Source: Oligoflexales bacterium
Lineage (GTDB): Bacteria > Bdellovibrionota_B > Oligoflexia > Oligoflexales > RGVZ01
Direction: 5' to 3'
Length of the DNA: 23,206 bases
Assembly (NCBI GenBank): GCA_044236265.1
Contig: JBIIGV010000042.1
Coordinates: 1 to 23,206 of the forward strand
Shown piece by piece: positions 16,684-23,206 of the stretch. A model generated the notes under the pieces. That model was not told where the DNA came from, ran no database searches, and saw nothing but the letters and a program-made list of their open reading frames with translations. Numbering within the stretch: position 1 is the first letter of the stretch; each line of letters opens with the position of its first letter. Made by a program: the position numbers and the translations under genes.

Positions 16684-17283
16684 ATGAAGAAACAAAAATC
16701 ATTAAAGCCACTCTCCAAGAAGACGCCACCAGCAAAAATCAAAACAGAGCGACTGATCCTTAAAAAGTTAGATCTTAAAATGGCCAAAGCCATTTTTAAT
16801 GCGGTTGACTTAAATCGCAAGCACCTGGGACGATTTCTTCCCTGGGTTCAATTTATGAAAAATGTTGAAGATGAGTCAAAATGGATTGAGCATCAAAGGC
16901 AAAAATGGCGGGAAAAAGGCCAATTTGTCTATGCGATATTTCGCGCTGACGATGAAACCTATCTAGGCAATGTCGATGCTCATGCACTCGATTGGAATAA
17001 CCACAAAGCTGAAATCGGTTATTGGCTAGCAAAAAAATTTGAAGGCCAGGGATTTATGACAGAGGCCGTCAAAGCATTAGAGGGCGCTTTGTTTGGCATT
17101 GGTTTTCACCGGCTGGTCATTCAGTGTAATGTCAAGAATAAGCGTTCAGCCAAGGTTCCAATCAGGCGTTCGTTTCAACTGGAAGGGGTTCTAAAACAAA
17201 ACGCCATTGAAAATGGCGTTTACCGGGATACGATGGTTTTTGCAAAGCTACAATTCGGGTTTGGTCGTGTGTCCCCAAATTGA
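16684..17283 (+). CDS. RimJ/RimL-family GNAT N-acetyltransferase
   Basis: KTERLIL, NRKHLGRFLPW, AEIGYWL, FEGQGFMTEAV, NKRSAKV, EGVLKQ. Confidence 0.92.
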   Translation: MKKQKSLKPLSKKTPPAKIKTERLILKKLDLKMAKAIFNAVDLNRKHLGRFLPWVQFMKNVEDESKWIEHQRQKWREKGQFVYAIFRADDETYLGNVDAHALDWNNHKAEIGYWLAKKFEGQGFMTEAVKALEGALFGIGFHRLVIQCNVKNKRSAKVPIRRSFQLEGVLKQNAIENGVYRDTMVFAKLQFGFGRVSPN

Positions 17284-17298
17284 AGGCCTGTCGGCGCT

Positions 17299-19956
17299 TT
17301 AGGCAAGAGCCTCTAAGTTTTGCTCCAAACTTTTTAGCTGACTGGTCATATTGGCAAATTGATCTTTTGTCTGCTGCACAACATCTTCTGGGGCACGATC
17401 AGCAAAACTTGGATTATCAAGTTTTGCTTTGAGTCCTGCGAGCACTTTCGTGACTCGGTCTCTTTCGCCGGAGAGTCTTTTTTTCTCAGCAGCAATATCA
17501 ATCACTCCAGAGGCGGGAATATAAGCCTCAAATCCTTTGCCGATCGTAACTAGAGACTGGCCTGGCCGTGCTACAGTTGGCGCAGCCTTTAGTTCTCCCA
17601 CCGTGGCTAGGCGTTTTACCAATGGTGCTACGTCCATCACGATTTGGCTAAGTGAAGCATCTGCTCGCATATGGATATCGACGGTGTCTTTGGGATTGAT
17701 CTGAGCCAAGGCCCTTGTTGAGCGAATACCCGTGATCAAGTCTTGCACTAATGACCACGAGTCACCGGCTTCCTTGAAGCGGATCAGTTTTGAGCCATCT
17801 GGATAGTCTGAAACCACGAGGCTTTCCGGTCTTTGCCAGGATGGATGAGCCGGGATCTTGTGCCAAAGCTCTTCGGTGATAAATGGCATGACTGGTGAGA
17901 AGAATCTTAGGATTCCTTCAAACACGTATACCAATGCGCTCACGGCCTGTGCTTTCGCTTTTTCGTCGGTTCCTGTCAGGGCTTCTTTTGCGCACTCTAG
18001 TCCCCAGTCACAGTAACTTCCCCAGGTGAAGTGATACATGCGGTTAATGGCTTCATTAACTCTAAATTGAGCGAGAAGTTTTTCTACGTCGTCTGCTGTG
18101 CGCGCAAATTCTTCGCAAAGCCATTTACTTGCTAGGTCCATGCGGCTTGGATCAAGGGCTTCAATCTTGGCGTCTTTAGACGTGTAACGCATCAGAAACC
18201 TAGCCGAGTTCCAAAGTTTATTGACAAACCTGGCGCCGTGCTCAAAGTCACCGATTTCCATGCGCACGCGTCCGCCAAGAGGCGAAAGTGCTACGCCTGT
18301 GAAGCGAAGGGCGTCCGTTCCGTGTTTGGCGATAACGTCGAGGGGATCAATCCCGTTACCAAGTGTTTTTGAGAATTTGCGACCTTGCTTGTCGCAAATG
18401 GTGGCCGCCATATAGACATCTTTAAAGGGAACTTTACCTTGAGTCTTTAGCCCTACCATCACCATGCGGGCAACCCATAGAAATAAAATCTCGTTAGCTG
18501 TCACAAGCGTGTCGGTTGGATAGAAGTAGCTAAGGTCTTTTGATTTTTCAGGCCAGCCGAAAGGAGAGATTGGCCATAGCCAGCTACTAAACCATGTATC
18601 TAGCACGTCTTCATCTTGATGAATCTCGGACGAGCCACACTTGGAGCACTTAGTGGGATCTTCCATCCCCGTGGTGACGCCGTCACATTTTTTACAGTAC
18701 CAAATAGGAATCCGGTGGCCCCACCAAATTTGGCGGCTAATACACCAGTCTTGAATGTTTTCAAGCCAATGCAAATAAGTCTTTTTCCAAAGATCAGGAT
18801 GAAAGTTAAGCTCTCCATTTTTTGCGACTTCAATAGCCGGGCCTGCCAGTTCTTTCATGCGCACAAACCACTGCATAGAAAGTCTTGGCTCAATGATAGC
18901 CTTCGATCGGTCAGAGTGCGGCACGGCATTACGGTGAGTCTCGTCTTTAATGAAAAGACCAAGGTCTTTCATTCCTTTGACGAGCTCTTTGCGCGCTACT
19001 AAGCGGTCAAGGCCCCTAAACTTTTCAGGACAGTGACTTGCCATGGTGGCGTCGTCATTCATGACGTTAATGAACGGAAGATTGTGACGTTTTCCCATTT
19101 CAAAGTCGTTAAAGTCATGGGCAGGAGTGATCTTCACACAGCCTGTTCCAAAATCAGCGGCGACGTAGCTATCAGCGATGATCGGGATAAGTCTTTCAGT
19201 AAATGGAAGTTTGACGTGTTTTCCTACCAGGTGCTTATAGCGCTCATCATCTGGATTGACCGCTACGGCAGTATCACCGAGCATCGTCTCTGGGCGCGTT
19301 GTGGCAATCGGAATAAATTCACCAGGAAGTTCATGAATAGGATAGTTGAAATGCCAAAGGGTGGCATTCATCTCAACAGATTCAATTTCATCGTCACTGA
19401 TGGCAGTTTTAAGTGCCGGATCCCAATTGACGAGTCTTTGTCCGCGGTAAACAAGACCTTCATTAAATAGCTGAACAAAGATCGCGCGCACCGCTTTGCT
19501 TAGGTGGGGATCCATGGTGTAGGCTTCGCGGTCCCAGTCACAAGAAAAGCCCATGGAGCGAAACTGCTCGGTGATCATTCCACCGTATTTATCTTTCCAG
19601 GCGTGAAGCTTCTTAAGCATCTCGTCACGGCCTATTTGTTGGCGGGTTTTTCCTTCTTCTTTTTCGAGAGCTTTTTCCACCATCATCTGGGTAGCAATAC
19701 CTGCGTGATCGGTGCCTGGCAGCCAAAGCGCATTAAAGCCCTTCATTCTTTTCCAGCGTACAAGAATATCTTGAATCGTGTAGGTGGTGCCGTGACCCAT
19801 GTGAAGCTGGCTTGTGACGTTGGGCGGGGGCATCAAAATAGTGTACGGTTTTTTTGGGCTACCGGTGGGAGCTTTAAAAAAGCCACCTTTCATCCAATAG
19901 TCGTACCATTTTTTTTCAAAGGACTTTGGATCGTACGTGGTTTCCATTTCAGACAT
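17299..19956 (-). CDS. valS: Valine--tRNA ligase
   Basis: PPPNVT-SQ-LHMGH, PGTDHAGIATQ, ATTRPETMLGD, GTGCVKITPAHD, DWCISRQIWWGHRIP, DVLDTWFSS, KFSKT, C-terminal coiled-coil arm. GGGGTG RBS before ATG 19956. Confidence 0.97.
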   Translation of the reverse strand: MSEMETTYDPKSFEKKWYDYWMKGGFFKAPTGSPKKPYTILMPPPNVTSQLHMGHGTTYTIQDILVRWKRMKGFNALWLPGTDHAGIATQMMVEKALEKEEGKTRQQIGRDEMLKKLHAWKDKYGGMITEQFRSMGFSCDWDREAYTMDPHLSKAVRAIFVQLFNEGLVYRGQRLVNWDPALKTAISDDEIESVEMNATLWHFNYPIHELPGEFIPIATTRPETMLGDTAVAVNPDDERYKHLVGKHVKLPFTERLIPIIADSYVAADFGTGCVKITPAHDFNDFEMGKRHNLPFINVMNDDATMASHCPEKFRGLDRLVARKELVKGMKDLGLFIKDETHRNAVPHSDRSKAIIEPRLSMQWFVRMKELAGPAIEVAKNGELNFHPDLWKKTYLHWLENIQDWCISRQIWWGHRIPIWYCKKCDGVTTGMEDPTKCSKCGSSEIHQDEDVLDTWFSSWLWPISPFGWPEKSKDLSYFYPTDTLVTANEILFLWVARMVMVGLKTQGKVPFKDVYMAATICDKQGRKFSKTLGNGIDPLDVIAKHGTDALRFTGVALSPLGGRVRMEIGDFEHGARFVNKLWNSARFLMRYTSKDAKIEALDPSRMDLASKWLCEEFARTADDVEKLLAQFRVNEAINRMYHFTWGSYCDWGLECAKEALTGTDEKAKAQAVSALVYVFEGILRFFSPVMPFITEELWHKIPAHPSWQRPESLVVSDYPDGSKLIRFKEAGDSWSLVQDLITGIRSTRALAQINPKDTVDIHMRADASLSQIVMDVAPLVKRLATVGELKAAPTVARPGQSLVTIGKGFEAYIPASGVIDIAAEKKRLSGERDRVTKVLAGLKAKLDNPSFADRAPEDVVQQTKDQFANMTSQLKSLEQNLEALA

Positions 19957-19962
19957 GAATGC

Positions 19963-19991
19963 ACCCCATTTCAACACGGTTGAAACGGAGT
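19963..19991 (-). promoter_or_regulatory. Stem-loop in the valS leader covering the Shine-Dalgarno sequence
   Basis: mRNA ACUCCGUUUCAAC-CGU-GUUGAAAUGGGGU forms 13 bp including two G-U pairs. The 3' arm contains GGGGU and ends 6 nt before AUG. Confidence 0.55.
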
Positions 19992-20023
19992 TTTATCATA
20001 GGACTAGGGGACTTGAAAACCGG

Positions 20024-20887
20024 TCAGTGACCTGCTTCGGAAGACTCTTCCTCATTTTTTTCAGGCGTGGCGCCCGAAAGGCCATAGCTGGACCTGGACT
20101 GCATGATGGACCGGGCTGTTGCCTCGGCATTGCAGGAGGATCCTTGGCAGCCATAAATTTTTTGAATTCGCTGAATATCACCAACCGACAGGGAGCGCAT
20201 GGCCATACCCTCACCGATAAAGATACTTGGGTTCATGATTGAGCTAGAATCATACTTTTCATCCACATGGGCTAGACCCAGAAGATGACCAAGCTCATGG
20301 GTGGCCAAGCTTTGCATGTCCACTAGCTCCCGGTCATCCATAGGTTTTTCTGTCAAAGCATCGCTGATAAAGTAGACTTCCGAATTATAGCGGATGTCTG
20401 CCGCGTCGATAGTCTCGTAGGCATTACCTGGATTATTCCAAATGGTGGTTGCCAATACCATCCTGCTTTTTCCTGTTTTTGACCAAATGCCATCATTGTA
20501 TTGCCCGTTTAAACCATCTCGTAACGATGAATATAGATCCGGAAAACTGTCACCAGTCTTTCCTGTGTGCTTTCCATCAAATGAAAAGAGCGTTCTGCCT
20601 ACAGCCAACTCCCAGGTTTGAATGGCCGATTTCAATGCCGAAAATTGAAGAGCTGGCATATTGGTATCAGTCTTGTAACGAATCGGGAGGTTACGCCAGC
20701 CTTTCGGCGCATGTAGTCCAAATTCTGGAGAATCGGGATCAAAAGAATTAGCAAGCTGTGTGCCTTGTTTCTGTTCATGATCCTCTTTAAGACTCACCTT
20801 ATAAAACTGCGCACCACATGCAATGAAGTTTGCAAATGCAGCCGTGATAGAGCCAGCGATGAGTAAGTATCTGGTTAGCATCGACAT
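20024..20887 (-). CDS. Matrixin (M10-like metzincin) metalloprotease, probable lipoprotein
   Basis: HELGHLLGLAH (HExxHxxGxxH), Met-turn SSIMNP, ADIRYN, GDIQRIQKIYG; signal peptide with FIAC lipobox; GGAGG upstream. Confidence 0.9.
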   Translation of the reverse strand: MSMLTRYLLIAGSITAAFANFIACGAQFYKVSLKEDHEQKQGTQLANSFDPDSPEFGLHAPKGWRNLPIRYKTDTNMPALQFSALKSAIQTWELAVGRTLFSFDGKHTGKTGDSFPDLYSSLRDGLNGQYNDGIWSKTGKSRMVLATTIWNNPGNAYETIDAADIRYNSEVYFISDALTEKPMDDRELVDMQSLATHELGHLLGLAHVDEKYDSSSIMNPSIFIGEGMAMRSLSVGDIQRIQKIYGCQGSSCNAEATARSIMQSRSSYGLSGATPEKNEEESSEAGH

Positions 20888-20913
20888 AAGTTTCTGGCCC
20901 TCCCTTATGAGGC

Positions 20914-20941
20914 TCTTCGGCCGAACTATCTTATTTCCTGA
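20914..20941 (-). promoter_or_regulatory. Possible sigma-28 (FliA-type) promoter for the matrixin gene
   Basis: Minus strand TCAGG-N15-GCCGAAGA versus consensus TAAA-N15-GCCGATAA; the -10 is good and the -35 weak. Confidence 0.35.
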
Positions 20942-21127
20942 GGGAGCTCTGTAAGATTTCTGAATTTAAGGGGTTTTGAGTCAGCATCAAGTCTGACGCC
21001 TACCTCCTCAAACCCGCACAATAAAGTCTCCCAATGCACGATATAACTACCTGAAATAATTAAATTTAAAATCGAGACCTTATGGCCTTAGCGACTTTGT
21101 CCGACGGCGTCTTTAAAGGGGGAGAAT

Positions 21128-21847
21128 TTGAGGCTATCTGAAGAGCAATCAAAATTTAAAGAGTCGAGTGCCGCAGGGTTTTCGATCATTAGCGTGATCG
21201 TTTCCATCGGCTTGGCGGGGGTTGCGGTTTATGGCGTCACGTCTAGCTTTGCGGCGCTGCGCAAAACCCAAGGCAACTCGGCGGTAAAAGCATCCTTTCA
21301 AGTCGTTCAGCCAGCAATCAGAACTGCCCTTGCGCGGGCCGCCCGAGACTTTGTCTTTGAAAAAAAATGTGGAGATAATACAAAAAGTTTTTCAGAGCGA
21401 ATTGACCAAAGCTTTAAAGATGTGCCGATTCTATCCGTGAACGGGAGTGGAAGAGCTAAGATGACCGCGGTGACGTCTGTTACACCACCACACAGTCGAT
21501 TTTCCGATGCTTCGACTCGATGCGCTGGGCAGCGAATAAGAAACTATAGTTACTATGGAACTGGTGCAGGATCACTTGCGTACACATGTCTTTCGCTGAG
21601 TGCTTCAACCACATTCAAAGAAAAGCTTTTAACTTCAAGCCAGTCATTTTGGTCGTTGAACAACACATTTTTAGAGGTTTTAGTGCTGCCGGTAGATCTG
21701 CGGCTTGATGAACCGCTAACCTGCTCGACGGCCGACTCTCCTGGTGCGGGTCTAAAAATTCTTTATACAGTCTACTACGCAGCCAACCAAGGATCTGGTG
21801 ACGGGGCTAATCGTGCCGATGGAGTTTTTTATGTTACGCGCGAATAA
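21128..21847 (+). CDS. Type IV pilin / pseudopilin-like protein (prepilin leader, Ser at +5)
   Basis: AAG|FSIISVIVSIGLAGVAV hydrophobic N-terminus; four Cys in the head; GGGGGAG before TTG. Confidence 0.75.
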   Translation: MRLSEEQSKFKESSAAGFSIISVIVSIGLAGVAVYGVTSSFAALRKTQGNSAVKASFQVVQPAIRTALARAARDFVFEKKCGDNTKSFSERIDQSFKDVPILSVNGSGRAKMTAVTSVTPPHSRFSDASTRCAGQRIRNYSYYGTGAGSLAYTCLSLSASTTFKEKLLTSSQSFWSLNNTFLEVLVLPVDLRLDEPLTCSTADSPGAGLKILYTVYYAANQGSGDGANRADGVFYVTRE

Positions 21848-22571
21848 AGCAGAGGCCGGCATGTCCATCATCGAGATTGTGATTGGACTTGGAATTTTTG
21901 GCATCTTTGCTACGGCTAGCTTTAAGCTCTACACTGATTTTACAGAGCATCAATGGGCCGCAAGAAACCAGATGCAAGTGAAGAATGAAGTCGGTGTAGC
22001 GACCGCTGCTATTAATAAATATTTTCCTGGATCCATTGTTTTAAATAGCACAACAAATCCTGTGATGGATTCTAATATCTGGCAGTGTGTTGGCGGAGCC
22101 TGCAGTCTCCGTAGCGATAATCGGCAGGATGGAATTGAATTAGTAACGTCTTGTGAGTCGACCCAGCAACACAGCATTTTGAAAAAACTTTCATTTGAGA
22201 ATCTATCAACACTCAAGGCTGAAGATAATTGTGCAATCTGCGGTGTTGGTGAGCGGCCAAAGTTGGATGTTGTTTTTTACCGATCAGGTGTGGAAAGTGG
22301 TCGGCTTAAATTTCCAAAGTCTTCCGTCACCGCAGGCAAAGTCGATGGTCTGGTAGGAATGAGTCTTTGTTTTTCCGTGCCCGCGAGAGCCACGGCAGGT
22401 GGTGACGTCTTTGATCAGTGGGTTGTATCACTCGTACCAATTTATTTTTCAGGGTCTCCAAAAGCATCCGACGCTACCAGTGATTTGACGTCAAAATTTC
22501 GGTCAGTTAGAGAAACTTTGCTTTTAGGTCCGATGGAGCAACTGGGAAGTAAGATCAAGGTGATTAAATGA
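21831..22571 (+). CDS. Type IV minor pilin / pseudopilin-like protein (canonical Glu5)
   Basis: EAG|MSIIEIVIGLGIFGIF; GGAG before ATG 21831; six Cys; overlaps the previous gene by 17 nt. Confidence 0.82.
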   Translation: MLRANKAEAGMSIIEIVIGLGIFGIFATASFKLYTDFTEHQWAARNQMQVKNEVGVATAAINKYFPGSIVLNSTTNPVMDSNIWQCVGGACSLRSDNRQDGIELVTSCESTQQHSILKKLSFENLSTLKAEDNCAICGVGERPKLDVVFYRSGVESGRLKFPKSSVTAGKVDGLVGMSLCFSVPARATAGGDVFDQWVVSLVPIYFSGSPKASDATSDLTSKFRSVRETLLLGPMEQLGSKIKVIK

Positions 22572-23206
22572 AAAAAGTCATCTCAATCAAGTCGTTTATC
22601 AAACGTGTTACGCACGCGATGGGAAGCACGGACCAAAGTGGATCGTCTGCGATTGTGTTTACGATATTTCTAAGTGCCGCGTCTTTTTTGGGAGTGAGTC
22701 ACCTAATAAATCAGGCTGTTGAGTCAAACAAAAATGTGAAGCTCGAGCAGCGTAAAGAGCAAGCGAGGCAAACGCCATTTAACGTGGCAGCTATTGCAAA
22801 ACAACTCGTTAGCCCCGGCGTCGATGATGGCTCTCCTTTGTGGAAGACTTCAGAAATCGTGAGTAATCCTAACATTGTTCCTCGTCTGTACCTGGACCCT
22901 TATGTGCCTTCACAGGCAGTCATTAATGCTACTGAATCAATCAATAGCTATTGGAAGGTCATGGAAGGACCGGTTGATTCATCTTTTGGTGAAAAAGCGT
23001 GGGATGCATCACTTTTTGCAGCCCAAAAGAAAATATCAATTTTCTCCGCTGACTCAAATCTACTGGTGCCAGTCACCTTGGAGGATATTTACTCGAAAGC
23101 TTCGGTCCCAACTGCGGGTGTTGGTCCGACTCTAAAATTTCCGAGATCAACGTCTTTAGTTCGATACACCGCAAAAAACTGTAATGCTGCAGGAGAACCG
23201 TCAACA
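22568..23206 (+). CDS. PilX/GspK-like pilin-family protein, partial (runs off the window)
   Basis: Not in the ORF track. ATGA overlap with the previous stop; open for 213 codons: MKKVISIKSFIKRVTHAMGSTDQSG|SSAIVFTIFLSAASFLGVSHLINQAV; no Glu5. Confidence 0.65.
   Translation, partial: MKKVISIKSFIKRVTHAMGSTDQSGSSAIVFTIFLSAASFLGVSHLINQAVESNKNVKLEQRKEQARQTPFNVAAIAKQLVSPGVDDGSPLWKTSEIVSNPNIVPRLYLDPYVPSQAVINATESINSYWKVMEGPVDSSFGEKAWDASLFAAQKKISIFSADSNLLVPVTLEDIYSKASVPTAGVGPTLKFPRSTSLVRYTAKNCNAAGEPST

Noticed and set aside
16632..16763. Out-of-frame 43-codon ORF overlapping the GNAT start (possible uORF or frameshift)
   Set aside because: No recognisable features, and the GNAT domain is complete from ATG 16684.
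18221..20242. Plus-strand ORFs opposite valS and the matrixin gene
   Set aside because: Antisense shadows of well-supported genes with no motifs.
21082..21102. Sigma-54-like TGGC...TTTGT upstream of the pilin cluster
   Set aside because: Wrong spacing and no GC at the -12 position.
22875..23135. 86-aa ORF in the track
   Set aside because: Off-frame within the longer open frame starting at 22568.
1..23206. tRNA, rRNA, CRISPR array, IS element or prophage
   Set aside because: All intergenic gaps are under 300 nt; no repeat-spacer pattern, cloverleaf, transposase or integrase was seen by eye.

Overview
Gene-dense bacterial chromosomal window using the standard code. The gene mix (fadIJ, stand-alone PilZ, type-2 IleRS, matrixin lipoprotein, orphan pilin-like cluster) resembles Bdellovibrionota/Oligoflexia; that assignment is inference. 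Order: fadJ (partial) and fadI (-), PilZ protein (-), glpD-like and YafD-like EEP hydrolase (+), orphan exported protein (-) behind an apparent complete sigma-54 promoter, then ileS (type 2), Zn-aminopeptidase lipoprotein, mgtE and a lipoate-ligase-family gene (+), an antisense membrane protein (-), queE, class-III aminotransferase and RimJ/RimL GNAT (+), valS and matrixin (-), and three prepilin-like genes (+, last one partial). Best-supported oddities: a single in-frame TAG in the conserved TM2 motif of an otherwise intact mgtE; ValRS with a KFSKT (not KMSKS) loop and other active-site deviations; a valS SD sequestered in a hairpin; a lone queE translationally coupled to an aminotransferase; and a short GlpD lacking its cap domain. 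A speculative reading of the ileS-valS block as an aminoacyl-nucleoside or deazapurine system is offered but unproven. No RNA genes, CRISPR arrays or mobile elements were seen.
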